DNA of 64,000 nucleotides from Synechococcus sp. (GCA_047285305.1 JBJBDL010000003.1:992001-1056000), one strand, 5' to 3'. Shown: positions 21,243 through 32,912, numbered from the stretch's first letter. Notes: generated by a model not told the origin, from the sequence alone. A program made the numbers and translations.

Positions 21243-24203
21243 TTATTTCGCCTCCATCCAGTTCGCGCCGACGCCGGTCTCTACCACCAAGGGAACACTC
21301 AGCGCGACGGCCTGTTCCATGGTCTGCACCACCAGCTCTCGGGTGGCGTCCAGGGCGTCCGGTGCCACCTCGAGCACCAGTTCGTCGTGCACCTGCAGCA
21401 GCAGCTGGGCCGGTAGGCCCTGATGCTGCAGGGCGTCTTGCAGCTGCACCATCGCCACTTTGATGATGTCGGCACTCGACCCCTGAATCGGGGCGTTGGC
21501 AGCCGCCCGCAGTTGCTGGGCCTCCATGCCACCGCGGCGGGCCACATCCAGGTCGATCTCCAGGGGGTCCTTGCCCAGCAGCCGTCCAAGGCCGTTGCGA
21601 TCGAAGTGGAACGGCCGCCGACGGCCGAGAATCGTTTCCACGTAACCGCGGCTGAGGGCGAGCCGCTCCTGCAGCTCGAGGAAGGCAAACACCCTCGGGT
21701 AGCGCTGCTTGTACTTGGCCAGGAACTCCTTGGCTTCGCTCTGGCTCACGCCGGTTTCCCGGGCGAAGCGCTGGGCTCCCATGCCATAGATCACACCGAA
21801 GTTGATCGTTTTGCCAAGCCGACGTTCGTCCGAGCTGACCTCATCCTTGTCCAGCAAAAGCCTGGCGGTTAGCGCGTGCACGTCGTCACCGCTGCGGTAG
21901 GCCTCCTGCAGCACCTCTTCGCCCGAGAGGTGGGTGAGGATGCGCAGCTCGATTTGGGAGTAATCAGCGCTGAGCAGTGTCCAGCCCTCCTGTGGCAGGA
22001 AGGCCTTGCGGATCCGCCGGCTGTATTCGGTGCGTACCGGAATGTTCTGCAGGTTGGGGTTGCTGCTGCTCAGCCGTCCCGTTGCCGTCACAGCTTGGTT
22101 GAAATCGGTGTGGACTCGTCCGGTTTCCGCCTCCACCAGCTGCGGCAAAGCGTCGATGTATGTGCTTTTGAGCTTGCTGAGCACCCGGTGCTCCAGCACC
22201 AGGGGCACCACCGGGTGGTCGTTGCCGAGTTTTTCCAGCACGGTGGCGTCGGTGCTGAAACCGGTTTTGGTGCGCCGGGATTTCTTGCGATCCAGGCCAA
22301 GCGTGTCGAACAGCAGCTCCCCCAGCTGCTTGGGTGAGGCCAGGTTGAAGTCCACTCCCGCGGCCGCTTTGGCGTCGGATTCCAGCTGCTGCAGGGTGGA
22401 GCCCATCTCCTCGGAAAGGCTCTGGAGGTAAGGCACATCAATGCGGATTCCGGTGGATTCCATCCGGGCCAGTACCGGTTCCAGAGGCTGCTCCACCTGC
22501 TCTAACAACGGCAGCAGTTGGGGGCCCATTGCCTCCAACTGCTGCCGTTGCAGCAGGGCGAGGCGACGGGTGACGTGCACGTCCATGCCGCAGTACAGGC
22601 TGGCGGGCTCCAGCGGCACATCGGCGAAGGTTTGCTTTTTGCCCACCAGATCGGTGAATGCGGTGGGCTGGAAGCCGAATTCCCGTTCGGCCATCAGCTC
22701 CAGACCGTGTTTCGCTGCGGCATCCCGCAGGTAATCGGCCAGCAGCGTGTCAATCACGACGCCTTTTAGGTCAACGCCATGCCGCAACAGGATCAAGCGG
22801 TCGTATTTGGCGTTCTGCAGGGTCTTGGGGTGGTTGCTGCTGGCCAGCCAGGGGGCGAGTGCGGTGAGTACGGTTTCTAACGGCAGCTGCTCCGGGCTGC
22901 TGTCTTCGCTGCCTTTGTGGCCCAGCGGGATGTAGGCGAGCGCGTCCAGGGCCTCTCCCCAACAGATGCCGATGCCCACCAGTTCGGCGCGGAACGGGTT
23001 GAGGTCGGTGGTCTCGGTGTCGAAGGCGACAGGCAGGCCGCTGTCGGTGCAGGTCATCAGCTTCTGCACCAGGGCGTCCAGGGCCGCTTCGATCTGGATC
23101 AGCTGCGGCTTCAGGGCCGGCAGCCCCACGTCGTTGTTGGTTGCCGCTGCGGTTGCCGCTTCCGCCTCTGGCTGTTCCGAGCTGGCTGAGCGGCGGGGGG
23201 GGGTGGTTGCAGCGGTCTCTGCGTTAGCCCCGTAGCCCCCCTCGGAAAAGGCCGCCACAAAGCCGCCCACCTGGCGCAGAAGGCTGTTGAGTTCGAGGTC
23301 TTCTAGGCAGCTGCTCAGGCCGTCGGCATTCACCGACGACAACGGCAGGCTGGGTTCCTTGGGCAGTGGAACATCCACGAGAATCTCGGCCAGCTTGCGC
23401 GACAGGTAGGCGTTGTCGCGGTCGGCGCGCAGCTTCCCTTTCAGTGCACCTTTGATGGCGCCCCGACTGGCTTTCGGCCCTTCCGCTTCCACCTGCTCGA
23501 GGGTGGCGTACACCGAGTCGAGGTCGCTGTTGTCTTTCAGCAGGTTGATGGCTGTTTTCGGGCCAACCCCACGCACGCCGGGGATGTTGTCGGAGCTGTC
23601 ACCGGTAAGGGCCTTGAGATCCACCACCTTGTTGGGCATCACGCCGAGCTTGCCGAGCACCCCCTCTTCGCGGATCAGCGTTGGGCCACTGCTTTTGGCG
23701 TAGGGGCCGCCACCCATGTAAAGCACCGCGATGTCGCGGCTGTCATCCACCAGCTGAAACAGGTCGCGGTCTCCCGAAAGGATCCGCACGCCCCATCCCG
23801 AGTCGGCCGCTCGGTTCGCCAGGGTTCCCAGCACATCGTCGGCTTCGTAGCCCGGTGCCATGCAGAGAGGGAGCTGTAGGTGCGTTTCGAGGATCTGCTG
23901 CAGCTGTTCGAGGTCCTGGAAGAACACCTCAGGCGCCACATCCCGGTGAGCCTTGTAGTTGGCGTCCGCCTTGTGGCGAAAGGTGGGCTCGGCCGTGTCG
24001 AAGGCGATTGCAACGCCTTCAGGCTTCAGGGTTTTGCTGTTGTCCAGCAGGGCTTTTAGAAAGCCGTAGGTCACGCTTGTGGGCCGGCCGTCTTTGGTGG
24101 CCAGACCGCCTTCCCCTCCCTTGCTGAAGGCGTAGAAGCTGCGGAAGGCCAGGGAATGGCCATCCACAAGCAGCAGAAGGGGCTTGGCGGTGGCCTCGGG
24201 CAT
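21243..24203 (-). CDS. polA: DNA polymerase I
   Basis: 5'-3' exonuclease (LVDG, EADD, GDSSDNIPGV), DTET, TGRLSS, DYSQIELR, QVHDEL. Confidence 0.97.
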   Translation of the reverse strand: MPEATAKPLLLLVDGHSLAFRSFYAFSKGGEGGLATKDGRPTSVTYGFLKALLDNSKTLKPEGVAIAFDTAEPTFRHKADANYKAHRDVAPEVFFQDLEQLQQILETHLQLPLCMAPGYEADDVLGTLANRAADSGWGVRILSGDRDLFQLVDDSRDIAVLYMGGGPYAKSSGPTLIREEGVLGKLGVMPNKVVDLKALTGDSSDNIPGVRGVGPKTAINLLKDNSDLDSVYATLEQVEAEGPKASRGAIKGALKGKLRADRDNAYLSRKLAEILVDVPLPKEPSLPLSSVNADGLSSCLEDLELNSLLRQVGGFVAAFSEGGYGANAETAATTPPRRSASSEQPEAEAATAAATNNDVGLPALKPQLIQIEAALDALVQKLMTCTDSGLPVAFDTETTDLNPFRAELVGIGICWGEALDALAYIPLGHKGSEDSSPEQLPLETVLTALAPWLASSNHPKTLQNAKYDRLILLRHGVDLKGVVIDTLLADYLRDAAAKHGLELMAEREFGFQPTAFTDLVGKKQTFADVPLEPASLYCGMDVHVTRRLALLQRQQLEAMGPQLLPLLEQVEQPLEPVLARMESTGIRIDVPYLQSLSEEMGSTLQQLESDAKAAAGVDFNLASPKQLGELLFDTLGLDRKKSRRTKTGFSTDATVLEKLGNDHPVVPLVLEHRVLSKLKSTYIDALPQLVEAETGRVHTDFNQAVTATGRLSSSNPNLQNIPVRTEYSRRIRKAFLPQEGWTLLSADYSQIELRILTHLSGEEVLQEAYRSGDDVHALTARLLLDKDEVSSDERRLGKTINFGVIYGMGAQRFARETGVSQSEAKEFLAKYKQRYPRVFAFLELQERLALSRGYVETILGRRRPFHFDRNGLGRLLGKDPLEIDLDVARRGGMEAQQLRAAANAPIQGSSADIIKVAMVQLQDALQHQGLPAQLLLQVHDELVLEVAPDALDATRELVVQTMEQAVALSVPLVVETGVGANWMEAK

Positions 24204-24227
24204 GACGGTGTTGAAAATGTGGGTGGA

Positions 24228-25394
24228 TCAATCGCGGCGATCAGCCCAGGGAGGCAGATCGATGAACACGCGGGTTCCTGATTCGAGACCGTTCAGGATC
24301 GCAGTCTTGTCGCCGCTGCTGTTGCCCAGTTCCACCGGCTGAAAACGTGGTTGCTGGTTCTCATCCACCAGCAACACACCCTGTTGGCCGTCTTCCAGGG
24401 TGATCGCCACGGTGGGCACCAGGATTTTGGCCGCACTGCTCCCGGTTTGGAAATTGATGTCGGCGGTCATGCCGATCTTCAGTTTGTTCTGCGGGTTGAC
24501 GAAGTTCAGCTTCACTTCGAAGGAGGTGACGCTATTTTCTTTCGCGGCGCGGGGTGCAATCTCACTCACCGTTGCCTCGAAGCGCTCATCGGGATAGGCA
24601 TCCACCCTGATCTCGGCGGTTTGGCCGGGCTCGATGCGGCCGATGTCGCTTTCTGGAACGCGGGCCCTCACCTCCAAGCCTTGCGAGAGCTCAACGATCG
24701 AAGCGCTAGTGGCACCGGCTGTGGCCGAGGCGGCTGTGGTGGGGGTCACAAACGATCCCGGTTCGGCGTAGCGCGCTGTGATGGTTCCTGAGAAGGGGGC
24801 GCGGATCGTCTTTTCGCGGCTCTCCTGTTCCAGTTGCTCCACCCGTTCTCTGGCTGCCACCAGGCCCGCCTGCCTGGCCATCAGGTCGAAGCGGGCACCA
24901 CTGAATTCTTCAGCGCTGATCACCCCGCTGGTATAGAGCTGGTTTTTACGCTCGAATTCCTCTTTTTTGCTCTTGAAATTGGCGTCGGCCTGACGCAGCA
25001 GAGCCTGCTTCTCCTGCAGCCGATCATCGAGATCGCCGCGATCCATCACCGCCAGCACCTGCTCGTTCTCAACCACATCCCCTTCATCCACCATCAGCTC
25101 CGCCAGCAGACCCGGCTGGCGCGGACTCACGTTCACTTTCTGCTGAGCCTGCAGTTCGCCGCTGGCGCTGATCACCCCAGACAGAACGCCGCGTTCAGCT
25201 GTGGTGGTGAAGGGCGTCAGATCCCGTTGACGGTTGCTCCAGGGACCGAAACGCATCAGCAGCCCACCACCGCCCAGGGCCAGCAGCAGTAATCCCACCA
25301 TCGCGGTTTTGGGCCGTCTGGATTTTGCTTTTGCCACTGAGGCCAGCTCTGCTTCAGGCGATGGGGACGCAGGGGAGCGCAAGGACTGCAGCAT
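24228..25394 (-). CDS. Efflux transporter periplasmic adaptor (membrane fusion protein)
   Basis: N-terminal TM helix, VDEGDVV, coiled coil, IRAPFSG, VPESDIG; longer ORF-track start is an antisense shadow of ychF. Confidence 0.9.
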   Translation of the reverse strand: MLQSLRSPASPSPEAELASVAKAKSRRPKTAMVGLLLLALGGGGLLMRFGPWSNRQRDLTPFTTTAERGVLSGVISASGELQAQQKVNVSPRQPGLLAELMVDEGDVVENEQVLAVMDRGDLDDRLQEKQALLRQADANFKSKKEEFERKNQLYTSGVISAEEFSGARFDLMARQAGLVAARERVEQLEQESREKTIRAPFSGTITARYAEPGSFVTPTTAASATAGATSASIVELSQGLEVRARVPESDIGRIEPGQTAEIRVDAYPDERFEATVSEIAPRAAKENSVTSFEVKLNFVNPQNKLKIGMTADINFQTGSSAAKILVPTVAITLEDGQQGVLLVDENQQPRFQPVELGNSSGDKTAILNGLESGTRVFIDLPPWADRRD

Positions 25395-25445
25395 GGGCCC
25401 ACAAAACTTCACGACAGTCTCGCCGCTGGCCGGTAGATTCCGCCG

Positions 25446-26537
<1,092 letters not shown>

Positions 26538-26632
26538 TCAAAGCATCTGATTGCATAGACATTCCCTCAAAGCCCTTTAACTTTTCAAGATCGCCACATT
26601 CGGGAAATATAAGTGAGCTCTAGTTGGTTCGC

Positions 26633-26893
26633 CTAGAGCAAATCTGGAATGCACTTGTATCCCTTGAGGAACTTGCTCAACTTTCCACCCTTCATGATCT
26701 CACTTCCTATTTTCTCGCACTGATTCAGGGATTCAACTGGAATTAGTTCGATCTCCTGGGTGATTGTCCTTAGAACCAGGTAAGCCTCATTATTGCGCTC
26801 TCCGTGAGCCACCAATGCCCATTCATCGTGCTGAGCGGCTCTGGCAAGCGGCGTAAGCATGACGGCAATCAGCATTGCTGTGAACCATTTCAT
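26633..26893 (-). CDS. Hypothetical secreted protein (86 aa) in an AT-rich islet
   Basis: MKWFTAMLIAVMLTPLARA signal-peptide-like start; two Cys in the mature part. Confidence 0.6.
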   Translation of the reverse strand: MKWFTAMLIAVMLTPLARAAQHDEWALVAHGERNNEAYLVLRTITQEIELIPVESLNQCEKIGSEIMKGGKLSKFLKGYKCIPDLL

Positions 26894-27113
26894 TGAGCGA
26901 TCTGATCTTGCTTTTGCGGTGTTGTGGCTAACACAGTTTGTCTGCTGATCATTCCTTGGAAAGTCCATAAAGCGTGAACATATGTTCCTTGGTTGAGATC
27001 GATTGGTATGACAACAAGAGGAGTGAGGTCTTCTTCAGTATTTATCTTCAGTATCTAAGTGAAAAATGGATTCTCTTGGTCCTCGGATGGTTTTCATCCT
27101 TGGGCGTCTGTTC

Positions 27114-28466
27114 TTATCGATGTTGTTGACCTGAACTCCCCACCAGAGCATCAAAGCGTTGTTGTTCCGGCGGGGCTACGTCCTGGCCTGTTGCCTTCAC
27201 TCCGTAGCGCGGCTTGAGGCTGCGCAAGGTGGGGATCACCACCAGGCAGGCGCCACCCATCAACAACCAGAGCAGCAGGCCATTGTTTTGAAGGTCAAGC
27301 AAAGCTCCTCCCGCCAGGGGAGTCACGATGGCGCTGATGGCGAAGCACTGGGAAAACAGTGCCATCGCCAACCCCCGGTGTTCTGGTGGTGTCTCTTCAA
27401 TGACGGCTTCTGTGGCCGTGGGCAGGAACGCGGCCTGGGCGAAGGCCATCGGCAGCAGCGCTGCCAGCACCAGGATCGTTCCGTTTTCGAACAGCGAAGA
27501 AAGGGCAATCAGGCTGCAGCCCAGACTGAATCCCGCCAGGCTCAAGCCGAGGCCGAAGCCAACGCTGCGCTCCGCCAGCCAACGGCCCACCGGCCACTGC
27601 AGGCTCACCAGCAAGGTCAACTGAAGGGCGATCAGGGCACTGCTGTGGCTTTCGCTCAGGGCCGGTCGCACCAGCCCGCCGCGCACCAGATCGAGGGGAA
27701 GCGCACTTTGTTGAAGGGCCAGGATCCCAGTGGCTACGACGCTGATCAGCAGAACCGGTAGCAGGGGAAGCAACCAAGGCGGCCGGGTCGTTGGCCGTGG
27801 CAGTTGACCAACCGGCGCTGGGCTGTTGCCGCTGAGGTTGTGATGAGGCGGATCGTCCTGGAGCGGGACAAGGCTGATCAGCATCAGCACAGCGCCCATG
27901 CACACCGCTTCAACGATGTACACCGTCCGCAGTATTCCCAGGGTGGCGGCAGCGGTTCCGATCAGCGTGCCGATGCCGATGCCGAGGGCATCGGCACTGC
28001 GCACCAGGGCGTAGCCCCGCCCGGAGGGAAGGTTGCCGCAACTCAGGGGAACGGCCAATTCAATGGCAGGCCAGTACAGACCTGCCGCTGAGCCCAGCAG
28101 CAGTTGTCCGAGCAGGTAGCTGTTGTAGTTGTTGGCCTGCAGCAGGATCAAATCAGCTGCAATGGCCAACAAGGTTGTGCCTCTGACCGGCCAGGAGCAG
28201 CGGATGCCGCGATCGAGCAGTGCACCGCTCAGTAAACGCACCACCGTGCCGATCAGGGCAGAGACGGCCAGGCCGCTGCCCACTTCACGCGCTGAGAAGT
28301 CGATCGCATGAAAGATCAGCGGCGTCATGAACATCACTCCGCCGGCACCGATGGACGCCAGGAACCTCAGTCGGGTGACATTTCTCAGGGGTGATGGAAA
28401 CTGGTTCCACCACCGCAGAGGATCAGGCGTTGCTGCGCGGACGCTTAACAGGACGATGCATCGCAA
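27114..28466 (-). CDS. MFS transporter (start uncertain)
   Basis: About 12 hydrophobic segments; GALLDRG, GRWLAER and PPEHRG loop motifs. Confidence 0.88.
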   Translation of the reverse strand: MRCIVLLSVRAATPDPLRWWNQFPSPLRNVTRLRFLASIGAGGVMFMTPLIFHAIDFSAREVGSGLAVSALIGTVVRLLSGALLDRGIRCSWPVRGTTLLAIAADLILLQANNYNSYLLGQLLLGSAAGLYWPAIELAVPLSCGNLPSGRGYALVRSADALGIGIGTLIGTAAATLGILRTVYIVEAVCMGAVLMLISLVPLQDDPPHHNLSGNSPAPVGQLPRPTTRPPWLLPLLPVLLISVVATGILALQQSALPLDLVRGGLVRPALSESHSSALIALQLTLLVSLQWPVGRWLAERSVGFGLGLSLAGFSLGCSLIALSSLFENGTILVLAALLPMAFAQAAFLPTATEAVIEETPPEHRGLAMALFSQCFAISAIVTPLAGGALLDLQNNGLLLWLLMGGACLVVIPTLRSLKPRYGVKATGQDVAPPEQQRFDALVGSSGQQHR

Positions 28467-30040
28467 TGGGCTTGATGGGCAGTCTGCTGCTCAGCACATG
28501 CGGATCGTGGCCTGTTGGCTCTACAGAACGTGTGGAGGTCAAGATCGACGGCGTGGTTCTTCCGGTTTCAGTTGAGGAAATCGGAGCCTTTGTGCGCTCG
28601 CAGACGGCTGATCCAGCGCAGCTCTCGCGATCGGAGTTGTCCACCTGGATGGGGCTTCTCGCACCCGAGAGCCGCGAGGGGCTGATCCGTCTGCTCCAGG
28701 CTCCGGTGCTCTCTCGCCGCAGCTTCGGGCGTCAGCTGCTCAGTAGCTGGGGGGCGGGTCCACTGCTGGATGCGCTGGGGGAATTGATTCGAGTGGAGGA
28801 CGGACAGCGCATCAACCGTTTGCTGGTGCTCTCAACGTTGGAGCAGCTGCTCGAACGGCAGGAAACCGTCTCAACGCTGGATGTGTTGGAGGCGTTGCCC
28901 ACCCCGCAGTTGCGTCTGGATCTGGATGCGTTGGTTGCTGCTGCCAACCGCTGGCGGCTGGAATTGAAGCGTCATCAGGTCTTGATGCGGGCTTTGGCTC
29001 AGGAAGAGGCTCGGCTGCAGCCCCTTCAGGCCAGGGAGCGTTCTGCCTCGGCTGATGCGCCCCGTCACGCAACGCTTGCGGTAGGCCATCGGTCGCGTCC
29101 ATTGCGGCTGGAACGTTGGATCCCCCATTCGCCTCGATCGGACCGGACCTGGGTTTTGATGATGCCTGGACTGGGCGGGGACCCCAACCACTTCCACTGG
29201 CTGGCGCGTTCGCTGATGCAGGCGGGCTGGCCCGTACTGGTGCTTGAGCATCCCGGCAGCGATGCCGCCGCTGTTCAGGGTTTGCTGGAGGGGCGTCAGT
29301 CGTTTGATGGTGCCGCAGCACTTCGTGATCGCTTGGCTGACCTGGCGGCGGTGCTGGAGGCGCAACAAGGAGGCGATTTGAATATCCCCGGGACCGAGGT
29401 GGTTCTAATGGGCCACTCCCTGGGTGCCTTAACGGCCCTCCTGGCCAGTGGGGCGGAGCTGGTGCCAGGGATGGCCCAGCGCTGTGAAGCGGCCCTGGCG
29501 GGCTTGCCCCTCACCAACCTGTCGGAATTGCTTCAGTGCGAACTGGCGGCAGGCCGTGTGCTCGACGGTAAAGAAATGGACTCGCCGCCCCGGGCGGTGG
29601 TGGGGCTCAATAGCTTTGGTGGGTTGATCTGGCCGCACCGCGCCAGTCGGGCGTTGCCGATTCCGCTCTTGATGGTGGGTGGCACCCTCGATCTGATCAC
29701 CCCTCCTCTGGATGAGCAGCTGGCTCTTTTGGCAGGATTGGCGGAGCATCCCACCAGCCGGGTTGTGGTGGTGGAAGGGGGCAGTCACTTTTCACCGATT
29801 CGCGTGGATGGCCAGGGAACGGCATCAGAAGGGAATGACCTCTTCCGGCTCGGCGAAGAGTTGGTGGGCGTCAATCCCCTCAGCGTTCAACGGGTGATTG
29901 CCCATGAAGTCATCCGTTTTCTTGATTCCCTGAACTCCACGTCAGCCCGCAACGATGCCGTTCACCTGATGGACGCCAGTTCCAAGACGCGCTGGCATCG
30001 CTTGGGCCGTCGCAGGACCCTGCAGCTGCTGGATCAGTAG
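28466..30040 (+). CDS. Alpha/beta hydrolase with DUF1400-like N-terminal domain (start uncertain)
   Basis: PGLGG, LEHPGSD, GHSLG, D and GSHFS catalytic elements. Confidence 0.82.
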   Translation: MGLMGSLLLSTCGSWPVGSTERVEVKIDGVVLPVSVEEIGAFVRSQTADPAQLSRSELSTWMGLLAPESREGLIRLLQAPVLSRRSFGRQLLSSWGAGPLLDALGELIRVEDGQRINRLLVLSTLEQLLERQETVSTLDVLEALPTPQLRLDLDALVAAANRWRLELKRHQVLMRALAQEEARLQPLQARERSASADAPRHATLAVGHRSRPLRLERWIPHSPRSDRTWVLMMPGLGGDPNHFHWLARSLMQAGWPVLVLEHPGSDAAAVQGLLEGRQSFDGAAALRDRLADLAAVLEAQQGGDLNIPGTEVVLMGHSLGALTALLASGAELVPGMAQRCEAALAGLPLTNLSELLQCELAAGRVLDGKEMDSPPRAVVGLNSFGGLIWPHRASRALPIPLLMVGGTLDLITPPLDEQLALLAGLAEHPTSRVVVVEGGSHFSPIRVDGQGTASEGNDLFRLGEELVGVNPLSVQRVIAHEVIRFLDSLNSTSARNDAVHLMDASSKTRWHRLGRRRTLQLLDQ

Positions 30041-31053
30041 CGCACCCGTGGATCGAGGGCGGCCACCAGCAGGTCAACGGCAACACTCACCAGCACTACA
30101 AGGGCGGCGATCACCACCACGATCCCCTGAACCACGGGGTAGTCCCTCTGGTTGATGGCTTCCTGCAGCCGTAAAGCAATGCCTGGCCAGGAAAAGGTCA
30201 CTTCAATCAGCAGGGCCCCACCGATCAAGGAGGCCACGGTGATGCCAGCAATGGTGAGCACCGGCAGCAAAGCATTGGGCAGTCCGTGGCGCAGGATCAC
30301 CTCGCGCTCACTGAGGCCGCGGCTGCGTGCCGCTTCCACGTAGTCGCCGCGAAGGCTGCGTCGCAGGTTCAGTCGCAGGGCGGTCGTGAAGGTGCCGCTG
30401 AGCAGCAGGGCCAGGGTCCCCGCGGGCAGGATCAGGTGACGCATGGTGCCTTGGAAAGCGGTCCAGTTGCTCTGCAGAGCGCTGTCAAGCAGGAAAAATC
30501 CGCTGCCCTCGGGGGGGAGAAGGCTGGGGGGGAAGCGCCCGCCCACCGGCAACCAGCCCAGGCTGACGGCGAAAACCAGCTGCACCAGCATGGCCACCCA
30601 GAAGGGCGGCAGGGCATAGGTGCCCAATCCGTAGAGGCGTCCTCCCAGGTCAATCTTTCCCTCGGGCCGGGCAATGCCGCTGAAGCCAATGCTCAGCCCC
30701 ACCACAGCAGCCAACACCAGGGCGATCACGCTCAGCTCCAGGCTGGCGGGCAGGGTTTTGCCGATGATGGTTCGAACCGGCTCCTGGTTGATCAGGGCTT
30801 GCCCCAGATCGCCGTGGATCAATCCGTTGAGATAGCTGAGGTACTGATCCAGCAACGATTGATCCAGGCCCAGCCGAGCCCGCATCGCGGCTTTGGCGGC
30901 GGCGGGGGCACGGCTGCCGAGCACCGCATCCACAGGATCCCCTGGGGCGACGCGCAGCAACAGGAACACCAGGCTCGCGATCAACCACAACATCAATGGC
31001 GCCAGGGCGAGGCGGGTGGCGCTGTAGCGGGCGAGGTCTCGGGCGCGTCCCAT
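30034..31053 (-). CDS. Peptide/nickel ABC transporter permease (DppB-like)
   Basis: APGDP, GDLG, YVEAARSRGL EAA loop, RDYPVVQG. Confidence 0.92.
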   Translation of the reverse strand: MGRARDLARYSATRLALAPLMLWLIASLVFLLLRVAPGDPVDAVLGSRAPAAAKAAMRARLGLDQSLLDQYLSYLNGLIHGDLGQALINQEPVRTIIGKTLPASLELSVIALVLAAVVGLSIGFSGIARPEGKIDLGGRLYGLGTYALPPFWVAMLVQLVFAVSLGWLPVGGRFPPSLLPPEGSGFFLLDSALQSNWTAFQGTMRHLILPAGTLALLLSGTFTTALRLNLRRSLRGDYVEAARSRGLSEREVILRHGLPNALLPVLTIAGITVASLIGGALLIEVTFSWPGIALRLQEAINQRDYPVVQGIVVVIAALVVLVSVAVDLLVAALDPRVRY

Positions 31054-32690
31054 CAGTTGTTCGTCGCTCCCTCGTTCATCGATCCTTTCTTTGATGCTCC
31101 GTCCTGGCGGCGCTCCAGCTCGGCGAGCATCAGCTGACCACTGCCATCAAATCGTGGAGGGTTGAGGTTCAGCTGGGCCCAGGCCCGAGGTGAATCCAGC
31201 CAGACGGGGATGTAGGCGGCACCGTCGGCGGATAGGTAGTCCACACGATCCAGGGCGGTGCGGCGGGCCTCGCCCGTCAGCGTGTCGGATTTCAGCAGAG
31301 CGGTTTGCAATCCGTGGGCACTCCAGAAGCTGCCGCTGATGGCTGCTTCTCCTTCCATGCAGATGTTGCCCTTCACCGAGGTGCAGCTCAACAGCGGCGT
31401 CAGATAGGCCTCCGGATCGGGGTAGCTGCCGCGCCAATCCAGCATTACGGCTTTGAAGGCACCTTCCCCCAGCTGGCGGTAGATGGTGGTGGATTCGACG
31501 CCATCCAGATCCAACACCAGGCAGTCCGAGAGGTCCCGTTGCACCTGGGCCTGCCAGGTGAGGGCCAGCAATTTGTCGGCGGGCACGTTGGAGCGGAAGG
31601 TGAGCGGGAAGCGCAGGGTGGTGCCGTTGCAGTAGCCCGCTGCCTGGAGCAGCTCGCGGGCCTGCTTGGGGTTGTGTTCGGGCCATGGGGCCATGGCGCC
31701 GCCGGCCAGGCTGGGGGGCACCAGCGCCCGCAGTGGACGGCGCAGCCCGTAGCTCACCCGTTCACTGATCTCGCTTCGGTTCAGGCTGACGGCCAGGGCC
31801 CGCCTGAGGTTGGGGTCCTGGAATGGCTCCCGGTTGCTCAGCAGGGTGATGTAGCCGATCTCCATCGCCGGACCCACCGACTCGTGCAGCTCCCCCGCGC
31901 TGGCCTGTTCATGCAGGGTGTGGCGCTGGTCTTCGTCGATCGAAGCGGAGAGCAGCAGATCCACCTCGCCACTGCGCAATGCCCCGTAGAGCGCCGTGGA
32001 GTTGCTCAGCGTGATCAGATCGAGTCCGTTGTTGCGCGGCGCCTCACCCCAGTACTGGGCAAAGGGCTCCAAGCGTTGCTGATGTTCGCTGAAGCGGACC
32101 AGTTTGTACGGGCCTGTCCCCACAAAGCGGTCGTGCAGAAAACGGTCCTGGTGGTTGTGGTAGGCCGTTGGTGAGATCGGGGTGAGGTTGATCGACGTCA
32201 GCAGGCCCTCCAGGGACGTGGAGGGGCGACTTAGGCGCAGCCGCAGGGTGTGGATGTCGGCCTCTTCCACTGCCGCAATCCGATCGCCCACCACATAGCT
32301 GAGGGTTCCGATCTCGAGGAAGCGCCGCAGGCTGAAGGCCATGGCTTCGGCATTGAACGGCGTTCCATCGTGAAAAAGCACATCGGTGCGCAGGGGGACC
32401 GAGACGGTGCGACCGCCATCACTCAGAACGGGGGCCGATGCCGCCAGGCGAGGTTCCAATGAGCCGTCCCGCCTGAGGAGATAGAGCGGATCCCCCAGGG
32501 CGCTGATCAGCTGCGTGGCGACAAGGGTGCTGGCCTGGGCTGGATCCAGGGAGCTGATTCGGCCCGCTGAGGCCACCGTGATGCGGCTGGTGGGGGGCGG
32601 GGCCTGACACCCCATCTGAGTGATGGCCAAGGCCAGAGCCATCAGCGCGCCACCGCACGTCCATCTCGTGGGGCGATCGATGCGATTCAA
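31053..32690 (-). CDS. Peptide/nickel ABC transporter substrate-binding lipoprotein (family 5)
   Basis: SLDPA, FHDGTPFNA, VGTGPY; lipobox-like QMGC. Confidence 0.92.
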   Translation of the reverse strand: MNRIDRPTRWTCGGALMALALAITQMGCQAPPPTSRITVASAGRISSLDPAQASTLVATQLISALGDPLYLLRRDGSLEPRLAASAPVLSDGGRTVSVPLRTDVLFHDGTPFNAEAMAFSLRRFLEIGTLSYVVGDRIAAVEEADIHTLRLRLSRPSTSLEGLLTSINLTPISPTAYHNHQDRFLHDRFVGTGPYKLVRFSEHQQRLEPFAQYWGEAPRNNGLDLITLSNSTALYGALRSGEVDLLLSASIDEDQRHTLHEQASAGELHESVGPAMEIGYITLLSNREPFQDPNLRRALAVSLNRSEISERVSYGLRRPLRALVPPSLAGGAMAPWPEHNPKQARELLQAAGYCNGTTLRFPLTFRSNVPADKLLALTWQAQVQRDLSDCLVLDLDGVESTTIYRQLGEGAFKAVMLDWRGSYPDPEAYLTPLLSCTSVKGNICMEGEAAISGSFWSAHGLQTALLKSDTLTGEARRTALDRVDYLSADGAAYIPVWLDSPRAWAQLNLNPPRFDGSGQLMLAELERRQDGASKKGSMNEGATNN

Positions 32691-32730
32691 CGGGCCTCAA
32701 CCAACACGAGTCGGCCCATTCAACAGGGAC

Positions 32731-32904
32731 TTACCCGACCTGGCGAATCCTTTCCAGCGAGATTTCGAACACCGGTGAGCCCTCGTTGCTCTGCAGGGGC
32801 CAGCGGCGCACCCAGCAGCGGTCGTGGTCACCATCCACGCCGATCACTTGATAGGTGTAGTCGTCACTGTCGAGATTGACGCAATCTCCCTGGTGCACCT
32901 TCAT
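32731..32904 (-). CDS. Small hypothetical protein (57 aa)
   Basis: MKVHQGDCVNLDSDDYTYQVIGVDGDHDRCWVRRWPL...; AGGAGG upstream of ATG. Confidence 0.75.
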   Translation of the reverse strand: MKVHQGDCVNLDSDDYTYQVIGVDGDHDRCWVRRWPLQSNEGSPVFEISLERIRQVG

Positions 32905-32912
32905 CGGATTTA

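Noticed and set aside
30034..32690. Incomplete ABC systems (no ATPase; also the lone permease at 52200 and lone adaptor at 24228)
   Set aside because: Dispersed ABC components are normal in picocyanobacteria
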